From Hydrolagus colliei (lineage: Eukaryota): a stretch of 64,000 nucleotides of DNA. Within the stretch, counting starts at the first letter, position 1. Every line of letters starts with the position of its first letter. The position numbers and the translations under genes were made by a program. Location of the stretch: the NCBI GenBank assembly GCA_035084275.1, contig CM068755.1, positions 7,564,001 through 7,628,000 of the forward strand. Reading direction: 5' to 3'. Positions 12,810 to 25,076 of this stretch are shown here, piece after piece. The notes beneath the pieces are model-generated. The model saw only the letters and a program-made list of their open reading frames with translations. It was not told where the DNA came from and searched no databases.

Positions 12810-12938
12810 CACTTTCATCTATGTTTGAAACCATGGGAAGTAGCCAGCCTGTGGTTGATGCCTACATACCTCAGCAAGTCCTGTCTTCATCTGTTGCCTC
12901 CTTGTCATTGCGTCCTCGCTCTGATAAACCTGCATGGT
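12810..12938 (+). CDS. PPIP5K1: PPIP5K1 exon (ALSSMFETMGSSQPVVDAYIPQQVLSSSVASLSLRPRSDKPAW-Y)
   Basis: tacag|C acceptor and T|gtgagt donor, 129 nt, phase 1-1. It ends RSDKPAW, like human RSEKPPW. Not in the ORF track. Confidence 0.88.
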
Positions 12939-13277
12939 GTGAGTAACCTTTTTTTAAAATCACAAAGCTTCTGGTGTAAATCATTCTGTCCGTAGCAGGT
13001 TTCAGCTACCAAATGTGTGGACATCAAAATTGGATTTGGGGATAGGAGAATTGGGACTCATTAAACAAAAAGGCTGGATTGGGAATCAGGGCATCAGTAC
13101 CCAAAGTGATGACTAAAATGTCTAAAATATTAGATTTGGGATTGATACCCTCTTTGTATAAACTAATGCCATCTTTGTATGGAAACAATATTTTAAATAA
13201 AACAATTGGCATTTTTTAGGTAGAATCTTGTGTTAGAGCATTGAAATGCGATGGAAAAGTCATCTTTATTCGGTTTC

Positions 13278-15968
13278 AGGAAGGTATTTCTCACTCCTCC
13301 CACAGTTCTTTCAAAATCCTACTAGTTTATCGCCCCCCCAAACCCTCCCCCACTTTCATTTCAGACTTTTCTTCACTTTTAGTTTCCCTTTGTGCCTCCT
13401 CTGATCGCCTTATTATTCTTGGCGATTTCAACCTCCATTTCACCCCCTCCTGCCCCATTTCCTCTGAAGTTTCCTCTTTACTTTCGTCTTTCAACTTCTC
13501 CCTTCATATCAACACTGCCACCCACACTCACGGCCATCCTCTCGATCTGGTGATCACCCGAGGCCTCAACGTCTCTGGCGTCACCATCACAGACAAGGCC
13601 ATTTCTGACCATTTTTTCATTTCCTGCAACACCTCTATCCCTCCCCCCTCCACTTCCAAACCCACCACCATCTTCTACCGGCCCTGGAAGAAGATTCCCC
13701 CTCAAACTTTCACCTCTGCCCTAGAAACCTCCGACCTCCTCCCACAATGGCATTCTTTTTGTACAGACCCATCCTCCGCCTCCACCGCCCTCCACAACAC
13801 CCTATCCACTACCCTTGACACCCTGGCCCCCCTCACCTCCAAAACCGTCTCCCATTCCCGATCATCACCGTGGTACACATCTCACCTCCGTTCCTTCAAA
13901 AGCCAAGTGAGAGCAGTTGAACGCACCTGGCTCAAATCTGGCCTCACGGTCCACCGGCAAATCTGGCTGGACCGCATCAAATTTTACCGCTCCGCCCTAG
14001 CCACCGCCAAATCAGCCTTCTATTCCAGGATAATCCTGGAAGCGAAGGACAACCACCGCCTCCTCTTCACCACCACCAACCAGCTCCTCCGCCCCCCCCC
14101 CCCGCCTCACCTCGCAGATCCTCTCCTCAAACGTTCGTTGTGAGGAGATGCTGGATTTCCTCGAGTCCAAAATTGAGAAAATCCGCTCTGCGGTTTCCTC
14201 CCCCCACCACTCCTCCACCTCCGCGCCCTGATCAGTTACTGCAACCCCTACTCACCCCCCATTTCACACTTTCAACCCCACCACCCCGCTTTCAGTCACA
14301 AAAACAATCACCTCCATGAAACCCACCACGTGCTCATTGGACCCCCTCCCCACCCCCCTCCTCCACACCCAGCTCCATTTGTTAGCCCCACTCATTTCTG
14401 ACACCATTAACCTTTCCCTCTTCTCAGGAACCGTCCCTACCTCCCTTAAAACAGCCACCATCACCCCTATCCTGAAGAAACCCTCCCTTGATGCGTCGCA
14501 ACCATCAAGTTATCGACCCATCTCCAACCTCCCGTTTCTATCCAAGGTCCTTGAAAGAGTGGTTCCCTCCCAGCTCCGCTCTTTCCTTTCAAATCACTCA
14601 CTTCTTGAACCCCTCCAATCAGGTTTCCGCCCTATCCACAGCACAGAAACTGCCCTGGTCAAGGTCACAAATGACATCCTAACCGCCTGTGACCAGGGCT
14701 CCCTCTGCCTCCTCGTCCTCCTTGACCTGTCTGCTGCGTTCGACATAGTCGATCACACCATCCTCCTTCAACGTCTTTCCTCCCACCTCAACCTTCAAGG
14801 CACAGTCCTTGACTGGTTCCACTCTTATTTGACCCATCGTTTACATTTTGTTTCTTCCAATGGCTTTTCTTCAAACCCCCGCACAGTTTCCCACGGCGTC
14901 CCTCAGGATTCTGTCCTCGGTCCCCTTCTTTTCACCCTTTACACGCTCCCTCTGGGCGACGTCATCTGCAGACATGGGGTAAATTTCCACATGTATGCGG
15001 ATGACACCCAGTTGTACCTTTCTGCCTCATCCCTCAACCCCCAGACGATCGATGTTCTGACAGCATATCTGTCCGACGTCAAATCGTGGACGAGGGACGT
15101 GAATAAGACCGAGGCCCTCCTGATTGGCTCAAGCCAGCGCCTCCGCACATCGGGCTCTGCCAGCCTCAACATCCAAGGCTGCACTCTCCACCTCACAAAG
15201 CCAATCAGGAACCTCGGCATCATGTTCGATCAAAAACTTTCCTTCCTCCCCCACATCCGCGCCTTGACCGGCACCGCCTATTTCCATCTGCGCAACATTG
15301 CCAGGCTCCGCAACTATCTTACCCCCCGCGCTGCCGAAACACTTGTGCACGCGTACATCACCTCACGGCTCGATTACGGAAATTCTCTCCTAGTCGGCCT
15401 CCCCAGTTCCTCCATTCATAGGCTGCAGGCCATCCAAAACTCTGCAGCCCGTGTACTATCCCGCACCCGCCTCCGTGACCACATAACCCCCACCCTCGCC
15501 CGTCTCCACTGGCTCCCCATCCTCCAGAGGATCAAATTTAAGATCCTCGTCCTCACCTACAAGGCCTTACACGGCCTTGCCCCATCCTACCTAGCCGATC
15601 TACTCTCCCCCTACACGCCCACCGGGACCCTCCGTTCAACAGGACTTGGCCTGCTCCAAGCCCCCCGCCCGAACCGCCCCATCATCGGAGGCCGGGCCTT
15701 CAGTTTCTCCGCTCCCACCTTATGGAATGCCATCCCTCAATCCCTCCGTTTCGCCTCTTCCCTTTCCTCTTTCAAGGCCGATTTGAAGACTTTCCTCTTC
15801 GATCGTGCCTTTTGTTCCACCCCGAACTCTTTTACCTCCCCTTCGTGTTTCACCCCTTCCCAAACACTCCCCTCCCAGCTCGGGTCACACGCCTCTTGTT
15901 TAGCGCCTTGGGACGTCCTCCCGACGTGAAAGGCGCTATATAAATGTAAATTGTTGTTGTTGTTGTTG
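13278..15968 (+). mobile_element. 5'-truncated L2-clade LINE, ORF2 (APE endonuclease + RT), disrupted
   Basis: APE motifs YRPP, GDFN, LDLV, SDH. RT motifs [24 protein letters not shown]. Frameshift and stops at about 14100-14230. 3' end ACGTC-CTCCC-GACGT stem-loop + (GTT)n tail. Confidence 0.95.
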
Positions 15969-16212
15969 TATTGGATAAGTATGCACATTGATCTTGTAAT
16001 TTGTATTATATCTTGAGTTTAAGACACATTAGGCATTGGCAGGGAAACATTAACAAAGCGTTTTCTGTCCAGAAAAAAAAGTGATTGTGTATATCTACAG
16101 AAAGGTATGGATACTTCAGGACATGGACAGATGCAATATTGTAGCTTTTAATAGTTATTTCCCTCTCTATTTGCTTTTCACTTATTTATATCTGTTGAAT
16201 CCTGAAATACAG

Positions 16213-16877
16213 ATAGCAGTGGTCCCTCAAGTACCGTGTCAAGTGCTGGCCCATCATCTCCCAACACGTCTGACAATTCCCCGAGATTTAGCTTCAGTGA
16301 GAAGTCATCACTTACATCTCAGAGTAGTGAAGAACAGCAGCACTGTGGACAGCAAATTACTCCAAGTCAACAGACGAGTCAGAGTCAATCAACACCAAGT
16401 ATCCAGGGCAACCAGGGACAAACCACACAATGCATCCAGAGTCAACCAGTAACTCCAAGTCTGAACCAACCTAAACACCGTGCTCAGGTCATCCAGGGGC
16501 AAGCAGTAGCTTCTAGCCCGAGCCAACCAACACTTGACACTCAGGAGAACCGGAGACATACAGTAACTCTGAGCCAGAGTCAACCATTACATGGTATGCA
16601 GGGCAGCCTGAGTCAACCAGTAACTCTGAGCCAGAGTGACAAAGATCAGCAAGGTGATAGACCCAGCCAGGAGCAACAGTCCACTGAAAGCCAACACCTG
16701 AGCCACAGTCAACCAACACAAGGTGTTAACGACAGCAAGACGCAACAAGCTACTCAAGATCAACAACTCGACCAGACTTGTAAGGACCCACAGGGTCAGA
16801 TAGGTTCAATGAGTAGTGGGAGCCCCAGTGGAGATCTAGCATCAACAACAACAACAACAACAAAATTACATTTATAG
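16213..16877 (+). CDS. PPIP5K1: PPIP5K1 terminal coding exon (YSSGPSSTVSSAGPSSP..., S/Q-rich disordered tail)
   Basis: tacag|AT acceptor. YSSGPSSTVSSAGPSSP matches the recalled human PPIP5K1 sequence. The ORF runs to TAG at 16875-16877. Confidence 0.88.
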
Positions 16878-16898
16878 AGCACCTTTCATGTCGGGAGG
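16843..16898 (-). mobile_element. Short antisense L2 tail overlapping the PPIP5K1 stop codon
   Basis: Reverse complement cctcccgacatgaaaggtgctctataaatgtaatttt(gtt)n matches the L2 end at 15917-15968. Confidence 0.9.
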
Positions 16899-19800
16899 CG
16901 CTCACACAAGCAGATCATTTTTCAGTTACGCACCACCAGTTGTAATGAATCAATGGTTTACCAGAGAGAGCATTGGTGTACATTTTATATTTAGTATCTA
17001 GTGGTATAGATCTGGTATTGGTACCACTGAAATGACTGACACTAAAGTAAGCCATTTGCACTCTCCAGATTAGATCTAATCAAGTATGGCTGTGAATTTA
17101 TACCTCTGACCTCGTGGTTTGTTTCAGTCTGATATTGGAATATGTTAGTATTGGAATGTGTAGATATATCTGTAATTTGCAAGTTTCTTATGCCTTTACC
17201 TGTGCACAGAAAACTTATTTCTTTATCCGGTATATTTTGTAAGTTTTACATAATTATTTAATGATGGTTTTGTGCAAATCTGAGATGAGTTTAAACCTTG
17301 AGATTGAAAGAACTTTTTTTCCAATTATATTCTACAAAAAGTAACCAATCACAGCAAAATATGAACGTGTGATGTGTGTCTATAATAAGGTGAACCATTC
17401 AAATTAAGATGAGGTTAGCAATTCAATGTTGCATCGATTTGGTGCCTATGAACTGAACAAAGTGAGGGTGAAAATGTTGGACAATGGAATATCCTTCCAT
17501 TATTTTGCACACGTGATCAGGCAAATTGTGGCTTGTGTGGGATGAGAGAAAGAACTGCATCATACTTGAGTGGCCATCAAAACTTTCCAAGAGCAATAAC
17601 TGAAAAATACTCTGAACATTTTGCATTTAGTTGCTGAAAACTTGTTTTAAAATGTGTTTTTGTACAAGTGCTACCAATACATGTTGATTTGAGTGTGACA
17701 GGAGTTATCTCACAGGTATGGACCACCATTTATCACCCCACAATGTGTGCTCTTAGAGATTGAGTAGCACAAATTACCCGTAACAAAAAAAACACAATGC
17801 AATGCATTTCCTCCAGTGAGCTCCTTACCAAAAACTTAACATAACTACTGATTCCAATATTGGTTTTGTAGTCAAGGCGTCATGTGAGATTAATTCAGCC
17901 TTTAGGAGCCCTCGAATGCTTCATGATAGTTGAAAACTTCCAGTAACTGTATTTTTTTTAAACCTATCGTATTGCTTTAGTTGGTACAAATTGCAGTTTG
18001 AGGTGATCAGTGTTATTTGATGTGGATGTTTAACTAAATTTGACGAGCTGACAAAAATCCTGCACTGGGTCCGTTCACTTGCCAAGTGCTCGTGATATAC
18101 TGCAAAACGTGTGGCGTTCCATACCTGTTTGGAAAGTATAAATGTTTTTGTTTTCAGTGATGAAATGCACATTGTTCTCAGGCACCAACTGAACTGATGT
18201 GAAACACACAGCAACAGTTGAGCTGGGTTAGGAGGTGAGGTTTTTCCTTCTACTGCAAGAGGTGATGGCTGCTTCATGGTTGGGACGATTGAAAATTTCA
18301 AAGGGACAGCTAACGGTATACGTATATCACAGTCAACACCCAGAGGTTTGACCACCAGCACTTCAATTCCCTTTTCGCTATTTAGCAGTTTTGTTTTGCA
18401 GTGTTTTTCTTTTCAGAAAAACTGTTTCAGAAGAGCTTAGGAAACTTGCTAAAAGCATCTGCCCTCCTACTGATCCTTGCTACAGCAGTGAATAAAAGTG
18501 AAAGTGGTGTGGTTTGAAGTTTAAAGAAAATACTGATGACGTTTCATAGGGTGATTAATTTCCATGTCTGGTTGGTCGACAGACTTCCTCGTTGCCCAGT
18601 GCATGGCGATTTATTTTAACATTCTAAAACAAGCATGCTACTTTTGACAATTCATACTGATTATGGAAGCAGAATTAATATTTTCTCTTTATACACAGCA
18701 GGAACCAGCGAGTACAGCAAAAATATGCAGCAATATTCAATTTGACTTCCTGCTCATGCTCTCATAGTCACACACACAATCGTATAATGGCATTATTAAT
18801 TTTTTATGTACACTATATTTGTTAAAATATTCAAGTGATTAAGGTTATTCTTGAGGCAATGGATGCTGCCTTTGCTGGGTATTAGCCACATCAAAAATAA
18901 TAATAACAATAATAATTTGGTCACTCAATCCACGACTGCTTGTGGGACACTGCTGTGTGCAGTTGGCTGCCGCATTTTACACATAAAATATACAATCAAT
19001 TCACTTTGTAGTATATTCTGTGAACCGCCTTGAGACTTCTCGCAGACGTGATAAGGCTCTATATCGAACGCAAGGATCATTATTATCAAGTTGTGATATG
19101 CTGTCCTCATTGCTGCCTAACTTTATTGAAATTGTGCTGCAATTGTCATAAAATGGGTGGGTCTGGGAGGGTGGGGTGGGGGGTGGATTAGAGTGTACCA
19201 TTCTAGCCTAAAACAAAAGTATGAATAAGGGAATTGCTGTTGAGTTTGTTTGTTTGGTTTCCTGAACCCTAGCTTCTTGAAATTGCCAGAATCCCCTATG
19301 GCATAATAATGACCTGGGTGGGTGGCATTAATCAAGGTCACATTATAAGGATGTCGTCACCTGTGTTTTTATGGTGCGGGGTCCGGGAGGCCCCCCCACA
19401 CCCCCCACAATTGATGTACAATTAGGTTTGTACAGTGCTGTTGAGTGAGTAGTCACAAGCAGTAACGTAAGATATGGAGTTGCTCCAGATTTCTAGACAC
19501 TCATTTGGTGCCTGATCTTGCACTCAAGCAGCACCTACACACATATCTTCCAGCAGGGGTCACCGAATCGTGATGAAGAGCTGGGACCCCAGCTGAGATA
19601 AGGCTGGCCACAGCGCTTTACATTAAATTTTCACAAAATCTTACCCATTGAATCTAATCAAAAGCTGAGACTCATAAGCACATAGAGTAGTAGCCAATCA
19701 AAACCACTCCCTCAGCAGTGAAAAAGCCAAGATTTAATGATTGATTTAGGGGACTATTTCCACAGTAAAACTACAAATGGATTATAGAATCATTAAGTAC

Positions 19801-21025
19801 AAGCATTGATAAGCGATTCGTATGTGGAAGCCAGTATGATCAAAGGAAACCAGATACTGCTTTGATGTTTGTTGTTAAATTGTATATATCAACAGTAATT
19901 GTTATGCTTTGGGCAGAATGCTGGTTATACTATTCACTGGGATATGGGTTGCAATATTGCACTGCTGTTTCAACACATGTACCTCAATGTCAATCACAGC
20001 GCATTCAATGAGTTGAAATTCATTCTCCCCAAATCAAATCAGCAAAGCCCCATGACTTTATTTTAAATAAACAGTGTTTGCAATTCAGTGTTTGTAAATT
20101 GGATTGGCAACATTTGTAATCATTGCACTGTTTTTATCAACCTAAAAATGTTTTGTTGCACTCTCTGCTACTTTCTCTTATGCTGGGATAACAATTATTT
20201 TGATACATTTTAGGTTTTTTTCCCCCAAGACAGCTGTGTTAATTTTGTACACTATGAATGTTTTTGTGTGTGTTGGATGACGGATGTGATATTAAAAACT
20301 TAACAATTCAAATCGAAGCGGAGTGGACACATCATCATTGTGCAATGGTCCCGCTCAGTATTGTGGCTGTATCACCTGGCTTCTAAATAAGCAATGTTAA
20401 AAGTGAATTTGCTTGTATTGTATGAATGGGATATTAGTGCCGTGTAGAGACCTTGCTTTTGACAGCTTGCTGTTGTAATTTTCAGCAGGGTATGGGAGAG
20501 AGGGAAGGAGGAAAGGTGCTTAGCAGATCACAAGTAAACGTTCCATTCAGCACACAAAATAGGTGCTTGAAACAAAGTCTTGTTTTTATAGAATAATCAA
20601 AACTGTAGATAAGTACACAATTGATTGGAAGAAAGCTTCCTTGGTGTGAACATGCCTCAGTCACATGCTTATATGCTTTGCACTCCAAGATACTGTATTG
20701 GAAAAGCTTCTGTCATTTTCACTGAATTTACCTATGACTTGTGCTCCGCCACTGTCAAGCTCTCTGGGATGCTATCCTGTGTGAGGGTGCAATGTAAATA
20801 CTGAACAAACTTGGTGGTGATGGGTCTACATTTGTGCTGATAGATGAGAGCAATCACTTTTTATAAACAACAAAACCTATTTTGTGATCTTTAAACAGAA
20901 GCTTGAGAAGATCTTCAAACATTGGGCTGTTTTTAGAATCATGCAATTATCTTAATTTATTGAAATATTTGCCATTGTGTTTTTTTTAACAAATCACTAA
21001 TAAAGCTTAACACAACCAAGTGTTC
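16878..21025 (+). other. PPIP5K1: Probable PPIP5K1 3' UTR
   Basis: AT/U-rich sequence follows the stop, with AATAAA near 18491, 20066, 20386 and 20999. The true end is unknown. Confidence 0.45.
18915..19086 (+). mobile_element. SINE 3' half
   Basis: ggtcactcaatccacg...gtgggacactgctgtgtgc followed by the family tail. Confidence 0.8.
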
Positions 21026-21334
21026 CTCCTCCCGACTACATGATTTAAAGTCGCCTGTCTTCGCTTGTTTTCATCTTTCTTATATTTGGTTCACCTTCAG
21101 CTGCACCCCATGGGACACTGTAAGTGGAGCAGGACATAAATGTGTTGTATGGTGCAGGGAATAGACTATAATTCCTGCTTTCCAGTCAGAAATGTAATGA
21201 ATATTAAATAGTATGTGAAATGTTTGGGACAGTTGCAGCCCAGGTCCTACTGGAAATGGGGAGGGGGGTCACAGCACAAAACAGCTCCTAATACTTAATT
21301 CAGCACTAACTTGGCCATCTCGCTGGAGGAGACC

Positions 21335-21598
21335 ATTGCATGTGGAGAATTAATAAATAGGAACTCGAGTTAGTCGATTGGTAGATAGATCACTTTCCGG
21401 GGGAGTAATAATCGCGCCAAACAAAAATGTGGTCACTCAATCCATGGCTGATTGACACTGCTGTGCTATTGTTTTCCACCCATAAAATGCAGTCAATTCA
21501 CTTTACAATATATTCTGTGAAGTGCTTTGAGAAGTCTCAACAATGTGATAAGGCGCTATATCAAATGTGAGTACAGTATTATTATTATTAGTATTATT
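21335..21598 (+). mobile_element. SINE body and tail
   Basis: Aligns by eye to the non-MITE part of 25077-25660. Confidence 0.8.
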
Positions 21599-22274
21599 TC
21601 CTATGACTGGGGCAGAGTAAAGTCAGCTATATTCTGACTGCTTATATTTGGGAGTGCTCAATGTTGGGAGACTTGACTGTAAAAATGGAAGACGTTTGTA
21701 CTCAACACAGGTATTCTTCATTATCACGAGGACCAAAATGTGGCACCCAACTCATAGGTAACTAAGATATGGGAGTTTGGGATTGTGTGGCTATGAGAGG
21801 TTTATGCATTCACTGTGAGGACTGGAATATTTCTGTCCTCTGAGTTCTGTCGATAGAGAGATTTCATAAATTATCCATGATATCATGTTTGTTTATATAA
21901 AATATCTGATCGGAACATTACTGTGGAGACTAAATATCCTGGGGTAATGCAAGCAGCTTGACTCGATGCAAGCCAGATGAAATGTGTTATAAATAATGCA
22001 GGGAGCATCAGACAACCAGAGATTCCACAGAGACACCAGGAAAATCACTCGTTAAGCAGCAAAAACATTTGATTGTTAGAAGTGTAACAGAGTGGTTAAC
22101 ATAATAACACTCATTCCAGAACTGGAGGAATTGTCAACTTTGCAATTTTTTGAAAATAAAACTATCCAAATCAACTTCATCAAACCATCCAGCCAGCCTG
22201 ACAAAGACTCTTGAAGGATCATTGGCAACGCTCCAACAATATTAACCCAGAGATCTGATAGCTATAATAACAAA

Positions 22275-23217
22275 TCAACAACAACAACAAATTACATTTA
22301 GAGAGTGCCTTTCACGTCGGGAGGACGTCCCAAGGCGCCACACAGGAGGCGTGTGACCCGAGCTGAGAGGGGAGTGTTTGGGAAGGGGTGAAACATGAAG
22401 GGGAGGTAGAAGAGTTCGGGGTGGAACAAAAGGTACGGTCGAAGAGGAAAGTCTTCAAACCGGCCTTGAAAGAGGAAAGGGAAGAAATGAGACGGAGGGA
22501 TTGAGGGATGGCATTCCATAGGGTGGGAGCGGAGAAACTGAAGGCCCGGCCTCCGATGGTGGGGCGGTTCGGGCGGGGGGCTTGGAGCAGGCCAAGTCCT
22601 GTTGAGCGGAGGGTCCGGGTGGGCTTGTAGGGGGAAAGTAGATTGGTTAAATAGGGCGGGGCAAGGCCGTGTAAGGCCTTGTAGATGAGGACGAGGATCT
22701 TGAACTTGATCCTCTGGAGGATGGGGAGGCAATGGAGACAGGCGAGGGTGGGGGTTATATGGTCGCGGAGGCGGGTGCGGGATAATACACGGGCTGCAGA
22801 GTTTTGAATGACCTGCAGCCTGTGAATGGAGGAACTGGGGAGGCCGACGAGGAGAGAGTTTCCGTAGTCCAGCCTCGAGGTGATGTATGCGTGCACGAGT
22901 GTTTCGGCAGCGCGGGGGGTAAGATAGTTGCGGAGCCTGGCAATATTGCGCAGGTGGAAATAAACGGTGCCGGTCAAGGCGCGGATGTGGGGGAGGAAGG
23001 AAAGTTTTTGATCGAACATGATGCCGAGGTTCCTGATTGGCTTTGTGAGGTGGAGAGTGCAGCCTTGGATGTTGAGGCTGGCAGCGCCCGATGTGCGGAG
23101 GCGATGGCTTGAGCCAATCAGGAGGGCCTCGGTCTTACTCACGTTCAATTGCAAGAAGTTCTCCCTCGTCCAGGACTCGATGTCGGACAGACATGCTGTC
23201 AGAACATCGATGGTCTG
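22275..23217 (-). mobile_element. 3' fragment of the same L2 family, inverted
   Basis: The translation is nearly identical to the C-terminal part of ORF 14316-15929, with the same tail. Confidence 0.95.
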
Positions 23218-23322
23218 ACAGCAAATCAAGAATATAATGAGTATTTACTCTGACTCGGTTTTCAACATTGTTGAGAATTAGCCTAAAAGTCCGTCTAGTC
23301 ACTCCAAAGACTGATGGGGCAA

Positions 23323-23515
23323 CAACAACAAATTACATTTGTATAGTGCCTTTCCCGTAAGGAGGATGTCCCAAGGTGCTGGACAGTTAGGGATCTGAGC
23401 TGGTGGTTGGGATCATTGGGGGTGGGGTAACAAGGGTGACTGAAGGCATGGTTGATGAGGAGGGTTTTCAGATGGAATTTGAAAGAGATAAGGGAGAGGA
23501 TGAGGCGGAGGGTAT
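23323..23515 (-). mobile_element. L2 3' fragment, second subfamily
   Basis: (CAA)n-aattacattt tail and FKFHLKTLL-type C-terminal remnant. Similar to 33150-33380 and 50728-51045. Confidence 0.8.
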
Positions 23516-24129
23516 GGTAATAAGCCTGGAATTCTTTTTGGTTGTCTACAAAACCCGATTGGATCCGGAGAAGAGATGCCTTGCATTCAGCAATAAGCAA
23601 CACTCCCTAATAATCTACAGTGTTTTATTAAAACAAGCCTGTAAAACCTTGACATAGTGTTAAACATGACTCTATAAAACCGATTCCATCGACCTGTTAA
23701 ATCCTTCCCCAACACAAAGAAAGGACTGCGGCTTCACAATCACACAGATCACTAACTTTTACGGCCCTTGCAAAGTCACAGTTTATTCACAAGCCTCAAG
23801 TGGCTCTTGCAGTGTCAACACTCGTAAAGTTTAAAGTGAGTGAACGCCAAAAATCCTGTCGTAGGGCCCTTTTACAAAAAGAATGTCCCCGTCCAATGCA
23901 GTCCATTTTTAAGCCAGAATGATTCAGATCAAGGCATATACAATATGGAATTTAGGATTGTCCCAAATTCTTTTCTGCTCTGTTGTGCCTTGTATGTTTA
24001 GGCCAATTATTGCACCTTTGTGCTATTCCCCATTCTTTCCTCAATATGTCTGCCTCCTGAGGACAGTTGGTGTTGGTCTCTAGGCAACGATTTCTGGGCT
24101 AACATTTTTTTCTCAGAGAGACCCAGGTG

Positions 24130-24455
24130 AGGAGGGACTGGATGGAGGTGCAGTCCTTCAGTTGAGATGTTAAAGCACTGTCCCATCTGCCTCTTCAAGT
24201 GGATGTCAAAAATCCCAATGCGCTACTTGAAAAGAGAAAGGAGTTTCTCCCAGTGCTCTGGTATACAATTCCCCAGATATAATTAGCCATTTACTCCATA
24301 CTGTTTGTGAGTCATTGCTCTGTACAAATTAGAGCCTTGTTCACCTTTTGTAGACAACCAAAAATACAATCACTGTGCTTTACACTAAATCCTGTAAGGT
24401 GCTTTTGAGATGTCAGCCTGATGTGAAAGGCTCTATCTTAAATACAAGGATTATT
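24130..24455 (+). mobile_element. Deu-domain SINE (SacSINE1/AmnSINE1-like)
   Basis: ggaggtgcagtccttcagttgagatgttaaa...gtggatgtcaaaaatccc...ggagtttctcccagtg resembles the recalled Deu domain. It has an L2-like tail. Confidence 0.7.
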
Positions 24456-25076
24456 TCAATACTCCAGTCAGTGAGGATTGGTGCAGCTCTGTCTGGCCTG
24501 AAAATCTGCCCAGCGAGCGGAATGTCCTACTTCTGTGGCTTTGTGATCCTATAATCTCTACAACTTTTTCAAGGTAAAATGATGAAGCGATTTATTACTT
24601 TGATGGAAACATTTCAGTATCTAAAAGTGTTTTACATTGTAAATGATCCCATGCAAATATAGATTGCAGCTCACAGTCCTGAAATGGAATAGAGTGAAGG
24701 CGGAATCACCGTAGTTGGAAATAAACATTAATGATTTGCTGCTGGGGATTTTTTTTAACAGAATGCAACAGAACAAAAGCAGCAACGTACTGAAACTTCA
24801 ACTGCAGCGGCAAACGGAAACCACCCAGGTGACTGCTCAGCGACTTCTGATCAGGAGCAGTGTGGAGCAGGATTCAAGCTTCTGCCCACCCCCCACTCAG
24901 GGGACTCTTGAATGTTAAAAGCACAGCAAAGCACCTCCAATCATTCATTACAAATTGATTCAACAACAGTCTTATTATCCACCCTTATTATAGTGTAAAC
25001 ATGGGATAATATATCCTCTTGGGAACGCATCCAAGAAAGGAACCATTAATACTGGTCTTTCTTCTATTATTGAATT

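Noticed and set aside
13241-15929. L2 ORFs as an active or domesticated RT gene
   Set aside because: 5'-truncated, frameshifted, with an internal stop, a GVPQD substitution and an 18-nt deletion.
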